Assembly (NCBI GenBank): GCA_009103225.1
Contig: RHPI01001428.1
Location: forward strand, 246,158-310,157
Length of the DNA stretch: 64,000 nt
Direction: 5' to 3'
From: Chlorokybus atmophyticus
Taxonomy: Eukaryota; Plantae; Mesostigma and Chlorokybus algae
Below the pieces are notes generated by a model. That model saw only the letters and a list, made by a program, of their open reading frames with translations, was not told the origin of the DNA and made no database searches. Shown here one piece after another: positions 48,802 through 62,170 of the stretch; the first letter of the stretch is position 1; the number at the start of each line of letters is the position of its first letter. Position numbers and translations under genes: made by a program.

Positions 48802-51045
48802 ATGGTAGCGTTGGCGGTGTCGTCGGCAGCGGCGGCGGAGGAGGGCGAGTTGTGCTGCAAGTTATTGAGCGCTATTCTATTTCTTGATACTTGGGCATGC
48901 AGAACGTTGCTCGGCATCCTGGCGTCTATCTGCAGGTGCGTTTGATTGCCTGAGGTACGGCGGGCAGTGGAAGACTCGTGTTGCGTGTATGCAATCAGTG
49001 TTTTTGTCTGTCCTCCTGTCGTATGCGTTTTATCATGTACAGCTCAATTGCTGTCATTGCTGTTAAGCATGTACCAGCCACAGTCAGTTTGCATGCACAC
49101 CTAGCAGTTCGCAAGGTACATCACTTCTGGAGCACGTGCTTGTGCCATCATCTTGATCAAGTGGTCCGTCTGATAGCCTTGCCACTAAGCACGCTACTTG
49201 TGTGAATATTGCAGTTGCAGTCTTACTTTTACACATAGACATATACCACACAGTCCATACTGGAAATGAGCTATTGCAGCTCTCCTCTGGACAGTGCTGC
49301 TAAGCATACATGACAATTTCATGTTTATACGCTTACGATGTTCAGGACGTGCGGCTGAAGTCTGCCCAAGAGGGTGGGCCGCAAGTCGAGTGGAGCGAGT
49401 CTGCCTCATCTGACTTTGTATACGATGAAGGCACTGTCCAGCATATCGCCAAGCCTTTGGAGTTCTTACAGCAGCACGCTAGCGACTTCGCCCCCTATTG
49501 TATAGACTTCAAGGTTCACTGCAATGCTTGGCACTGCTGTGGTGTACAGGCTTAATTATATAGCAGAGTCTCAGACATGGGACATTGTTTTCTATGCTTC
49601 GATGCTTGAGACTCTGTTCGCGACAGCGCTGGAGTCGCAGCAGCACAACTTGACATATGTCGCTGTTACCTTCTGCAGGCAGAGAGACTTCTGCTTGTGC
49701 GAGTCAAAGACGCAGCTTCACTGCGCTCTCATCCGTTCTTCTACCATGCCCAACGCACTGATGCCACTCAGGTAAGTTGGTGTGAGAATGGCATCTCTGG
49801 CATGTCATGAGCTCATGCAGACTTGCGGCGATTCACACAGGTGCTGGTAATGCCCTTGGCAGATGCCACCAGCGTGGTTGAAGCTTTGCAGAAGCAGCAA
49901 ACAGGCATCACAGTTGTGCATCTATACAACATCTCGCGTTGTGGAAGCACTGTCCTCTGCCAAGCCTTGGATGCATGTGCCGGCGTCCAGTCTCTATCCG
50001 AACCGGATGCCTACTTGAACTGCATCTCACTACCACACGAAGTAATTACTCCTTGGCTGCGCGCGGTCACCGTCTTGCTGAACAACTTCTGCATTGCCAG
50101 CCGGCCGCAGGCGCCTTTAATTGTTTACAAGCACCGCTCTGAGATTATGGCCATCGTTGGTAAGTGCATTCACAAACGTAATTTTTTGCATGTTATCCAC
50201 CACAATCTGTTGTGTCTATAGAACCTGTATAGAGAACGAGCACAAACACTTGTCAAGGCATCCGGCTAGCTGCTGACTTTGAAGTCCGCTCTCGCAGGTG
50301 CAGTGCAAGCAGCAACTCCCGCAAAGGGGATCTTCCTTTACAGACAGTGCTTGCCATGGTGCGAGTCGTGGATGCGGATATTTTTCTACAACCGCTATTG
50401 GGTGTATTACCTGTACTCATCGCTCAGGTAACAACATCATCCAATGCTGGTTGCTAAGGTCTTGTTGCTGGACAGTAAAGTGCGCAACGTTTACTTACTT
50501 TACTTTACTTAATGCCGTTGTTCACAAGCATAATGGCACTGACTCAGGGACCTCTAACAGCCACTGCATCTGTCAGGTGGAACGTCAAGACCGATGGCTT
50601 TCTGTTAGAGTCGCAGGACACGCCGTTGGGTCCCCATGAAGAAAGCCTGAGGGACGTTACGCGTACGTATGGCACAATAGGGTTTCTTGTCGCGGCATGG
50701 CTCAGTCGCATAAACAGCGGGGTTGGTGCATCTAAGAAGGGCCTATTTAGTTCGTGCGTAAGCTATGAAGACCTGCTGCAGCGCAGAACTGAAGTGGTGC
50801 GTCAGGTTCTTGAGAACTTGGGCAAACAGGTCTCTGAAGGTGATGCGCTCGCAATGGCATCTGCGCTGAAGAAAGAGAGTCAAGCAGGGACGCGCCATCA
50901 GAGTCATCGGCGGGGAGCCCGTAGTGGTTGGTTTGGAGGATGGGAGCAGACGCGGATGCAGCGGGTGTTTAATGCATATGGTGCTGCAAAAGTAGATCAG
51001 GCGCTGTTGTACTTGGACCAGCAGTGCCGAGAATGTAAAACATGA
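48802..51045 (+). CDS. Sulfotransferase-like P-loop protein; supported exons 49346-49513, 49679-49771, 49841-50159, 50298-50403, 50577-51045; 5' exon(s) from 48802 tentative
   Basis: YNISRCGSTVLCQAL (5'-PSB-like), SLSEPD, FLYRQCLPWCESW (3'-PB-like) and SYEDL. The downstream exons join in frame. Confidence 0.6.
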
Positions 51046-52199
51046 GTAGAGGGAGTAGGTTGTAGGGTTAAAGTGGACATAACCTAGCACTAGTTAGACT
51101 GGCCTTGGTTGCTTAAGGTATAGGTAAACCACATGGCAGTTATGACAACACCAGAACACATCACAACTCTACCACTGCGCTAGCCTACAAAGGCTGCTAG
51201 GCCACATGTTTGAAGACGTGTGCTGGGCATAGGCAGTGGCAGGGGAGAGGTGTGAGCATCACAAAGAGATGGGGTGGTGCGGTTGTGCGCTGCTGGCAGC
51301 TTGTCAATGCTTGTGCTGTGCAGTGCATGCCCTCCCGCCCCTGTTGTGCATGTGCAGCGTCACTCAGTCGGTGTGCCCGAGCAGCTTCCATGGGCAAGCC
51401 ATTGTCTCAGGAAAGTCTACTTTATGGCGCCTGTGTCTACGTCGTCGCAAAGTGACAAGTCTTGCTGCGTCGATGTCGGCAAGGGCAGACTCATCTTTGT
51501 TCGTCGATGTGGACACGCGAAGACCATTGTTTTTAATGACGGCGTGTGTCGATGTCGACGTGTGGGTGCATTGTTTCGCTCAAGTTAGGGTTTGCTCTGT
51601 TTTTCCGCCGGCATTTTCCCATCGGCAAAAAAACAGGCCCGCTACACACTGTGTAAGGACCGTACAAGTGGGCCTACACCGACCGCACTGCACCTGCACA
51701 CCTTTAGAATATCACACAACGCATAATCCCTTTCAACATTTTGCCCAAATGGTTGTCACAAAACCCATGCAGCGACATCGACAAGCACGGACGATTTCCG
51801 CCATACCTACGTGCGTTGCCGTCGACGCACAGCGACGGCCTACTGTTCAAGTTTATATGTTGTTGAAGGTACATGTAGACGGCGTCTCCATGTAGTTGGT
51901 ACGGTCTGCTAAAACCTGATAGATATGGGAGTTACGAGAGTTATAAGAGTTACGACAGCTAGGGTCGCACATTGTCTCTGTAATTGGCGTGCTTGCTGCA
52001 CTTGTCCTTAATGTGTGCACACTTGTACGTGAGAGGCGCATACACAAACACTAGGCGCATCACTAGTTCTCAACACCTACGCGGGAAGGTATGAATACAA
52101 AGAGACAGTCGCTATCAGTCAACATCGACATCGCTACAGTCCCATAGTCTAAGCATGACAAAACGTAGACCAAATGAGTTAATAGGAGCCCCTCGGGCA

Positions 52200-52790
52200 C
52201 ACCGACTTCACTTAATTCGTGATGTACTTCGGGTGCTCATCTGGGCTATGGCGTAACGCTATGCATGATGTGTTGCGTGACGAGGTGTATCATGTGACAC
52301 GTAAGGACGAGGGAATCAGTGACTCACTGACAATGACTCGAGAGGTCTGTGGTTTTATGCCGATTCTGCCCAGCGAATCACAGCAACGCCCTAGATTTGC
52401 TGGCCTTGAAACCTGCTCACCAACAATGCTTGCTATTGGAGTGTGTAAACTGAATACCACAATCACCATATAAGCGCTTAGCCCGGTGGGGGAGCATTTG
52501 CACCGGAGTTGGCAGATTGCCATTATTGCGGTAACAACACACCACGAGACAACTTCATCCCTGTATTGGCCGAAATCTTTGGCACTTTGCGGGCCTCTCC
52601 TCACAAGCCCATTGCCAATGGCATGCATCAGCAAAGGGAATTTCATGCCATCCGTATGTCGGGATTTGTGTCCATGTAGATTGCTTATGCATTGTAGCGG
52701 GCTCATGGTGTGGCGCTTTGCAAAGAGCAATTACAGCCGTGTGTGCAGTCCCGGGCTAGCACCACGACCGCAACCTATCCCCATGACTAT
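52200..52790 (+). mobile_element. Decayed 3' fragment of a non-LTR retrotransposon with restriction-like endonuclease (RLE)
   Basis: GCSSGLWRNAMHDVLRDEVY (zinc-knuckle/HD-type motif) and PRDNFIPVLAEIFGTL (FxPxxxExxG), broken by frameshifts and stops. 21/23-nt match to the relic at 62107-62129. Confidence 0.5.
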
Positions 52791-53660
52791 CGGACATTGA
52801 AGTTGTTGATTGCTGTGTATGAATGACGCGATGCCATGTACATGCATGTTGTGTAGCTGAGTTGAGTTTTTCATTGAGACATTCGCAATATCTGAGTGTA
52901 AAACTCATAGCATAAGGTCTTGACATAGGACTTGTTGCAGCATAATAGTGGAAGAAGTTTTCTGAAAAATAGCATCAAGAACATACCATTGACTACCTCA
53001 ATCATGCCAGCAAAGGCTACCATATCAACCCCGACAACCATTTCACCATGTCACCGATGTTGCAGATGAGTTTGTGCACAGCAGCAACTGTCGCAAAAAC
53101 TTGCATTCTATGCTTGGGTGCACGTTCATGTTCAGCAAGTGGTGATAGGCCAGGCAACAACAACGACGTCACAGGCCAGTCACTCTCCTTCAAACACAAT
53201 TGTGCTGTATTGTGCGCCATACTAGACAACCATGGTCACAAAAAAATGAGTAGCTGTACAACATGGTCTTCTGCACTAGCAGCCAGGACCGTGTGATTGT
53301 GCAAGTTAGCGCCTGTCCTGCAATGAACCAGCAGCGCAGGAGCTGGGACATGTCGGCTGGTGCATAGTCGCCAAGCAGCTGTAATGTCAGCCCTGACTTT
53401 CGGTTTGGTGCTTGTGGCGCGCAGCCTGTTGCACATGATTCCTTCTTTGAAGCTGCAGTCTTGTGTGCAGCAGGATCGCATTTTGGTGTGCACCAACAGC
53501 ATGCAGGCGCCGTCCTGGCGATATGCAATGCAATGCGATGCCAAGTAGTGCAATGCCATGCGATGCGATGCAATGCAGTATCAGTGAAGGGCATGAGATG
53601 CAGTGCTATGCATGTCCAGAGCGGCTGGCAATTTCTCTCCAGCTCCAGTAAGCTAGCGGC

Positions 53661-56600
53661 TTAACTTCCCACCAGACTTGACACAATGGACTGCGCCCAT
53701 GCTGCGGTGTTCTTGATTGCGTCATCCTCGGATTGGATGCACTCGGTCAGGAACTCGCGATAAAATGGCCTGTTCGCAAACACTGGTGCAACGCTCGGCC
53801 CCAAGGCATCTGCCATGTCCCCCAACACGCCCACCGCAGACCTTGTGACAGCATCATCCCTGCGCAAAACAAAACATAACATCACAGCATTAGACACGCT
53901 GACCTTGTATGAGAGTCATCATACTGATAAGGAATCAAACCGCAATGTGCATGACTGTGAGCCTCTGCAAACTCGCACCTGTCTTGGTCCTGGGCAACCG
54001 ATTCCACAAAGCTCAGGATGTGATCAGCAAACGGAAGCATCCGATCTGCCTTCTGGCCCTTGAATCCCTGGAAAATGCCGGAGTAGGCCTCAAAGATGCC
54101 ATTGCGCAACGAGTTGTTGTAGTCAATGAGCTCTTCGTCCTGCTTGGACTGCTGAGCTGAAAGCTGTGCAGCAGACTGCAGCATGGGCCCAACATACGGC
54201 AAATACTTCTCAAACTCCCCACCAATGGCAAGTGCAATGTCTCCAAAACACGAAAGAATGGGTGGCTTTACACTTCGATGCAGCTCATTGCTTTGCAGGT
54301 TGTGAAGCAACTGGTAAACGATGCCATCACAGAACGGTAAGACCTTGTCTTCCAGCGCACGGCAGATATCGCCAACAACACCCACGGTGATGGAGCAAAC
54401 CTGTTACGTAACTTCTTAGACACCAAATGCCCAGAACGGCCTAACATTAAAGCACATAGCTTTCCCCCCAAAAGAGGAATAGTACACACCTGATACTCCT
54501 CAAAGTTTCGCAGTCCAACATCCAGGTATGCATAAAAGCTTTGCATGTACTTCCCAAACTGAGAACCGGTGGCGTAGGCCAATGCACCAATGGCGAGCAT
54601 GGCTTCTTCATGCACAGTTGCACTGCGGCAGGCAAAAACTCGCAAGAACAACTCCATCATCTTGTCAGCATACTGTAGGATGGCAGGCTTTGTGCTATCC
54701 CGTGCTCCCAGCTTCTGTATGACAACCTGTGCGACAACAAAACATGCATACAACACCTAATGTGACTTCCGGCAGACAATGTGCAGATCCACTCAGCAAC
54801 TTGCAAGTTGCTGAACTTGCATGCTGTTGTCCTGTTACCTGCAGAACTCCGCATAACAATCCCTGAAGCTCACTCTGCCGCTCCCTATCATCCGCTGAAA
54901 GCGTCTGCATCTGCAAGGTTTCGTCCAGCTTCTGCATGATGACTGGAATCAACTGTGCAACGGTTGGCACTGTGTCCGGTGCAGAGCACCTCACAACTTC
55001 ATTGAGCGTTTCATAGGCTGCAGCCCTCAATCGCGTCTCTTGTGCATCCTCTCTGTCAGCGGTTGCCAACAAGGCTGTGACTATGTTGCTGAAGAATGGA
55101 GACATTGGCGACGACAAGCTCGATGCATCGTCTTCATCGCTGATGGACACTTCAAACCCAGTTGCAAGGTTATGAATCGCCCAGGAAACCTTCTCTGCCA
55201 CGTTCGGCACATCACGGATGCTGTCTAGCAGCACACTGATGATGGGAGTGAGGTTTTGAGGCGTGATGACGGGATACTTGACATTGGGTCCATGCAGGAA
55301 CTCAAATATCCGCCCAAGAGTCCACGCTGTTGTGTCCTTGACATGCGAGCTTTCATCCTTCATTGCATTGAGCAGGTACTCCAAACCCATGTTGACGAGA
55401 GGCGTGAGCTGTTCTAGTGACGGCCCTTCCAAGATGGACCCAAAAGAGAACGTCGCTGCTTCCCGGCAACGCCAGTCAGGTTTTGCAATGTTCTCCCTCA
55501 CGTAAGGCATCACAAGGGGCACAATATCATCCTTGACATTATTTGCGACCAGACCGAGGCATGTGCCTCCAGCCATAGAGACATTCCAGACATTCTCTTC
55601 AGTGTCCTGCCCCTCTTCTTGCTTGGTCAAAGTTTCCAACAACATTGGCACCAGCGCAGGAAGAGCCTGCCCAAAAGGAGTTCAGTCATTGATACTGCTA
55701 GAGCATAACATTAGCGGTATTAGCAGTAAGTCCCCAGCAAAACACACCTGCTTTACGAAATGATGGTTGATAACTTCTGTATCCTCCTCGTCATACTCCT
55801 CGTCAAGAGCAATCTCCTCCTCGGAAATGGTTGACCACAGCTCAATGGCTTGCAGCGCCACTGGCTCTGCATCCTCCTTGGCTGCTTTGCTTGTCAACGA
55901 AAAGATGTCCTTGATGTAAGGCACCATTTTATCGTAGTATGTCGAGCACACCGTCACCAGGCACTCAAAAGCAATCTGCCGAACACGGACATCTGGCGAT
56001 AGGGTTGCCTCGCATGCCACCTGCCAGTATCACCATGTCAACTTGAAGTGAGCAGAACTATGCATCCACCAGGGCTCTGCAACATGGCATGCAACACAGC
56101 ATACTTGTGCAATTATTAAGAAAGCTATGACAGTGTGCTCTTGTCATTAAAATGTGCACGCTAGGACCATGCATGCGTACCTGCATGATGTAGTTGCGCT
56201 CAAACTCGTTCTCAAAGTTTGTGTGCGCAAAGTCCAGGGCGTTGTACAATGCGCTGGTAGCCGCAAGTCGCACATCGTTATTTGGCTCTTCCTTCCGCAT
56301 GCCCTGTACCACGGCTGTCAAGATGTTGTTTACTTGATCTTGCTCCAGCATTTCTGGCTCTATCTCTTCGCAGACAAACCCCAAAGTTTCCAGGGTTGCC
56401 TGTTTCAAGTGGTCCTTTCCCTGCCAGGAGCACACAACAGGTTGCAAAACCTGGCGATCAGGCACTACTGAACAATGCGCTCGCAACACTGTACCTGGAC
56501 ACTCATGTTTTGCAATAACGTTGATATAAGGTCGCCCCATTCTTTGCGTTGGAGCTCAACTCCAGCAATCTTTGCAATGACCTGTGGAACACCATGCCAT

Positions 56601-57303
56601 GAGCATACTCCCATGCATGCACGATCCTGACATTGGATGCACAGCATGCAGAAGGAGGTTGCACCCAAAAAAGCGCAATAACAAACATGCACTGTCACCT
56701 GAGCAGCAGTGTGGCGTGCTTCTGAGACAGTAGACGACAAGGTAGCGAGCAGAGCTGCCTTGATCTGCGATCGTAGACCTGCATCCAGTTGCACCCACTG
56801 CGCTACAAGCTCCGCCTGACCGTCAAAGGTTGCATCAACCGCTTGCACTAGGCATGCATGCACGCATGCACTTGCCGAGCAAACCAGCATGTACTACAGT
56901 GTGGACACGGTTCTGCGGATCACAATGCTCTGCCCCCAAACACGTATAACAAATGCCTTCACCCGACAACTTAACCTAACAGGCAAAGATCTAGAATTGT
57001 CACTGCTTGCCACACTCAAAGCACAACATCCAAACAAAAGCTAAATAAAGAGATCTGTGACAACAGGACGGCATGCACCTTGCGAGCCTCCTCCTTCGCG
57101 TCCAGTGCGTTCTTAAGAATGAGACCAGCCAGGCGCCTGCTCTCTGCCGGCTTGCTGTCTGCGGCGAGCTCGTGCGCCAAAGCAAGCAAGAAAAGCGCAT
57201 GGTTCTGCTCCTGAAACTGCTTGAGGCTGTCTTCAGCTGCCTTGCGCACAGCTCCATCAGGGTTCTGCGCGTTCAGCAGCACCTGGGTGATCTCCATTGA
57301 CAT
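53661..57303 (-). CDS. KPNB1: Importin subunit beta-1; 9 exons: 57303/57297-57079, 56815-56699, 56581-56495, 56420-56181, 56020-55748, 55666-54839, 54726-54490, 54400-53979, 53859-53661
   Basis: MEITQVLLNAQ, RRLAGLILKNAL, KQATLETLGFVCEE, WNVSMAGGTCLGLVA, DWRCREAATFSFGSILEGP, VKDTTAWTLGRI, VHEEAMLAIGALA, KPPILSCFGDIALAIG; HEAT-repeat character. Confidence 0.95.
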
Positions 57304-57640
57304 TGTGGTGCCCCACTGCGCCGGGCGCCCTCAGGGCGGATTCAGCAACGTAGAGGAAAGATCCGTCCTGCCGTCGTCCCTCTCGCTGCCGACCGCAAGG
57401 GCAACCACCCTGCTTAACGCTCGCTCTCCTTGACCGGTTGACGTCACAGCCTCACGCGTCTCAGCTGCAAACCAATGACCAGACCACGCCTGTTGAACGA
57501 ATGAGTTGAGCCCGCCAGTACACGACAGACAACACCACGGTCGCACTGCTGCCTAGGTCCTCCACTGCCACCAATGCCGCCGCCCTGGGCAATGCGGTTG
57601 TTGTTCCCGCCGCCGCTTCTCCAGCCAAAGTGCAGCTAAC

Positions 57641-57655
57641 AAACCCTAACCCTAA
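57641..57655 (+). promoter_or_regulatory. Telo-box-like AAACCCTAACCCTAA upstream of importin beta (reverse copy TTAGGGTTT at 58104-58112)
   Basis: Exact telo-box plus a second telomere-like unit. Confidence 0.5.
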
Positions 57656-58822
57656 TCTCGCAAATGACGCGTCGTATCTGAGATACTCAAGCACAGTACA
57701 ATGTGTAATTCAGCATCGACAACCATTATTCGACCGCTAGACACCGGTCAAATTGTATGCAAAACGGCCCGTTCCGAACGGGATCACTGTACCAGCAGCA
57801 CCTCTGGTACGCAAGTTGTACCAAAAGTGATGATGGTGTTCGTGCCGTACAGCCTGCCACGTGTGCAGTCATCCTTGTCACTATGAGTGGCTTAATTGGC
57901 AGCAACGGCGGCGGTGGCGATGGCGGCGGCATCCGTGATCGCGTTGGTGTCGTGGTCTTAGTTAGCGGCGGTTCCTGTGAAGGTGAGAGCCTGCATCGTG
58001 TGTTTGTGGGCGTGCATCTTGCTTTGTACGTGTGTTCTTATGGCGATAGCTTGTTGATCGCGGAGTCGGTGTCTGTGAAGCTCGCAGACTTTGGGCACAC
58101 GTGTTAGGGTTTGATCTGTCGTAGGCTTACGCCACATCCTTACTGTGCAACAACGCATGGATCAAGCACTTGTGGACTCACACCTAAGCACAACATCACA
58201 GCTTACACTGTTCACCGTTAGTCACCAGTAGAAGAGATTTGTGTACAAGTTTAGGTGAGTTATTGACTGTGAGCACTTTTATGCCACATCCGCACCCACC
58301 AGGACACCTTGATGGCCAGTTACATAGCTGTATAGTGCAATGGTTCCGCGTTAAGTCCCGAGACTTAGGTACAGTGGCAAGCAATTGCACTCGGTTTTTC
58401 GCTGATTGAGTTTGCGTTGAGCAGGGACTTCAAGCACATGGACATGGCGATTGCTGGTTGATTGATGGTGCGCCATGCATTCTGCTACAACTCAAGCTTA
58501 CCGGAACCGCTGCTACTTGAGACAATGTTCTGAAGTGAACTGTACTAGCCCTAGTATTTGCCAAGCCGGAACCGCTGCTAGTTGTAGTAGTAGTTGTGCT
58601 AGTATCAGTTCTTATAGTAGCACAGAGAAGAGCTTGCAATCAGTTGCTGCTGGCCAAGCTGCTTACAGCTGCTGGCAGCGCAGTCTCGGCCAAGACTTGC
58701 AAGTTAGTAGTTACAGTGCGAATCACTGTTGTCGATTGCAACATCCATCAGCACGCTGCAGTAGACAGCATCCTCCCTGACCCCAGTGCGAGTAGCTGTG
58801 CGAGCGCCTCAGCAGGTCTATC

Positions 58823-61080
58823 ATGACAAACGGCTCCACTGACACCCCCTTGCCCAAGAAACCCCTCCTCTGTATTTGCGGCGTGTTTTTCGCAAACGCG
58901 TTCAGCAACAATGTGCTGTTTCCGTTTGCCGGTTTCATGGTGGCAGACTTCCACGTGGCACACCAGATGTCAGAAGTTGGCTACTATGCTGGTTGGCTAG
59001 CAAGCGCATACAATATTGGGACCCTGCTGTCTTCATTCTTTTGGGGGTAAGCCTTGAACAACTTTGTATGATGTGTTGGAGATATATCTGTTAGTCACGT
59101 CCACTCTTGATGCCTCGCAGGTGGTTTTCCGATCGCATTGGTCGGCGCCCTGTACTGCTGTTTGGTTTGATCTCGAACGCAATCTGCATGCTGCTCTTTG
59201 GTTTTAGCAAAACGTTTGCTATGGCGGTCACTGCACGCTTCCTAAACGGCTTGTTATCCGGGGTTGTTGGTGTTGGCAAGACCGCATTGTCCGAGATCAG
59301 CGACTCCTCCAACCAAGCCAAAGGGTAATACCTTTGCACGCATTGGACGCTGCAGCCTTTGTAGATGTGTGCGTGTGCTTGCAAACCTCTGGTTGTTCAC
59401 CACAGTGGCACATAACTTATTATGTGTGCAGGTTCTCTGTCATTGGCGTGTGTTGGGGTTCTGGCTTGCTCATAGGCCCGTCCATTGGAGGGTTTCTCTC
59501 TCAGCCAGCGGAGAAGTTTCCCTCTTCCAGTCTCTTCGCAGAGGGCACCCTCTTCAACACATTTCCTTACGCCCTCCCGTGCTGCATCGGAGCTGCAGTC
59601 TCCCTCATATTCGTGTGCTGCATATTTGCCTTCCTGCCTGAGACCAAAGGCTGGCTGAGTGCACCCGTACACGACACAACAGATGTAGCAACTGAGAAAC
59701 AGGCTGGTCATGAGCTCCAAGCCCTGTCGCCTGCTGTTGAAAATGGCAAACAACCTTCTCCTCGTTGTTTCACTGTTACCGACGATGATGAGGATGAGGA
59801 TGCCGGGTCGACGGTCGCCATTGGTGGTAGCAAGCAGCAGACCAAGCCAAGTGATGTTGACAAGAGTGTTGTAGCCCCGTCCGAATGCAAGCAAGAGGAG
59901 GCGAAGCTCATTTTGCCAAGGTGGATGAGAAGGCTAAGTAATTTGCTCTCACGCGATCGCGGTTACCAGCAGCTGGCAGCGGATGAACTTGACAGCAAGC
60001 CATCAGCGCACAATGCGTCTGGCTCGGTTGCTGTTGATGCAGAGGCGGGCGTCAGACGTCGCAGGGCGTCGCTCTGGGAAGAGACTGAGTCAGGTGAGTG
60101 TGTGTTGCACTGCACGAGCGTGCACGAGGCTGGCTTTAACATGAACCAATGCTTGGACAGTCATACCAATCCTGCTCTATTTCGTTTCTGGCCTCACCTT
60201 CTCTGCCTTTGATGAGGTATGGCATGGGTTTTCCGACTTTGGTTCTTGGCCAAGGCCATTGCGCCACTGAACTAGACGAATGACAAGCTGTGCAGCCACT
60301 GATGTGCTTTTCACAATTGTTATAGACATACCCTTTGTGGTCTTTGACGGACTATGGCGATGGGGGTCTGAGCTTCAGAAGCGAGCATGTTGGCATGACG
60401 CAAACCATAAGCGGCTTCTTCTTGGTACGCTGCAACAATAACTTGTAAACATGATGGCTCTGCCTCCCGGCAAAACTTGGCTCTTATCGCGCGCGCTCTA
60501 TGTATATGTTCTGCAGATTCCCTTCCAGCTGCTGGTATATCCACGAGTCTGCAAGAAGTTCGGCGCATTGACCACAACGCGAGCCGGGTTCTTTTGTGCT
60601 GCGCTTTTAGCCAGCTCGTTTCCCATTATACACACGATTGCCTCTGCACCAGCAGCCCGCGTGCCTGTTGCTGGTATCGGCATGGTCTTGCGCAGGTAAC
60701 CCCACCTGCTTCACTGTTCAAAAGTGTTTATGTATGCTTAGCACTGCACTAACACTACGTGTCGTTTGACTTCGTTGCAGCACCATGTCAATTTGCATTT
60801 TCACATCCATCTTCATCCTCATTACAAACGCGGTGAAATCCATGGATCACATGGGCGCGGTCAATGGCATTGCGCAGACGGTAGTTGCGATGAGCCGTGC
60901 CGTCGGACCAACACTCGGCGGCAGCATATACGCCTGGAGCATCTCCGGCAGCCAACACGTTTTCCCCCTAGATTACCACATGGCGTTCTTGTTGGTGGGA
61001 ACCATCCACTGCCTCGGGCTGCTGCTCACACTCAAGCTTACCCATGCCATCGATAACCGTAGCAACGACAATCAGACTTG
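58823..61080 (+). CDS. ZIFL: MFS transporter, ZINC INDUCED FACILITATOR-LIKE family, ~7-8 exons
   Basis: LFPFAGFMVADF, EVGYYAGWLASAY, FFWG|WFSDRIGRRPV, ARFLNGLLSG, GLLIGPSIGGFLSQPAEKFP, TYPLW...GGL, QLLVYP, GAVNGIAQT, RAVGPTLGG. Confidence 0.9.
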
Positions 61081-61679
61081 AGGTCTTCATAGGGCTCACT
61101 GTGAGCCAGCTGTTCAGCGATTGTGGTTGCTAGACACTGCACCATCGTGTGCTGTTGCTGCTGGGGCGCTGCGCCGCGCACTGGACATTAGCCATGCTGC
61201 GCGCAGAGACGCATGTAGGGTGAGTACTTGGCATTACGGAACTGCAAGCGCGGAGAAACTGGTATACCAGGTGTGCATTACAGCTGGTAACCTTGCTGCC
61301 TTCATAAACGTAACTTCGGAGGATACGTAGTTTACCGTCACTGGCGACCAAGGCAGCTACCATTTGCGGGCTTTGGACACCTGGTGTGCACATTGCACGC
61401 CAGTCATAGGTGGTGATAAGGTTGACAATAAAGAAATTAACCTAGTTGGGCAACCTTCTGCTGCTATCGCATGTTGGGAACGCACATTGGTGACATGCGT
61501 TATCTCTCGACTTCAATCATGAGTTACTTGGTGATTTGCGGCCAGCTGGTAACTACATGTAGGGCAGGGTTCATAATTAACCAAACATCATTGATAACAC
61601 AGCGCAACGGAGTGCTACCTCTCAATGAAGTTTCCCGGCGGTGTTGTGGCTAGCGTCGTGCTGCTGGTGGCGGTGGGGT

Positions 61680-62170
61680 AGGGGATGAAGGGGTCGGTGG
61701 CAATCCTACCTTCTTACACGCAGCACCTGCTGGTAAAGCCGCATGAAACCTCCGCCGCCACTGCTCCACTCCTTGTACCGCTGAAATGTACTGTGACACA
61801 CAAGCGCATCACGTGTTGAAAGTCCTCTCCTAGCGTGCCATGTGTCTCCATCACTAGCGGGTAGAAGGTGTCCGCGGGTTGAAGGTCGCCATGCTTGCGC
61901 CGCTTTGCTGCCTCCACTGCTCGCACCGCCACGCTCAAGCGATTGACACATGTTGTGACAATGACATCCAAGAGCATTTTCGTGTCACGGCCGGCCCAAT
62001 GCTCGGATGCCACCAGAGGCATCGTCCCTATGACTCCCGCGCGCGAATGTGCTTGAACTCTTAATTTGCAGCGGTTGACGGCAAAACCAGCCTTCAGAGC
62101 AAAGCGTACACCTCGTCGCACAACACATCAAAAATCATTGATCATGTTGGCATGCCCAGCGGTTGCGAGT
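61680..62170 (-). mobile_element. Decayed 5'-truncated RLE-type non-LTR retrotransposon 3' fragment
   Basis: W...LLDVIV...AVEAAKRRKH...FYPLVMETHGTLG is the PD-(D/E)xK-type pattern of RLE (CRE/R2-like) elements, preceded by a C...HD...DEVY remnant. No RT domain is seen. Confidence 0.6.

Noticed and set aside
51236-51895. 219-aa ORF between the sulfotransferase-like gene and the LINE relic
   Set aside because: Non-ATG start, Cys/His-rich noise-like composition and no motifs.
57641-57655. Telomere or interstitial telomeric array
   Set aside because: Only about two units; better read as a promoter motif.
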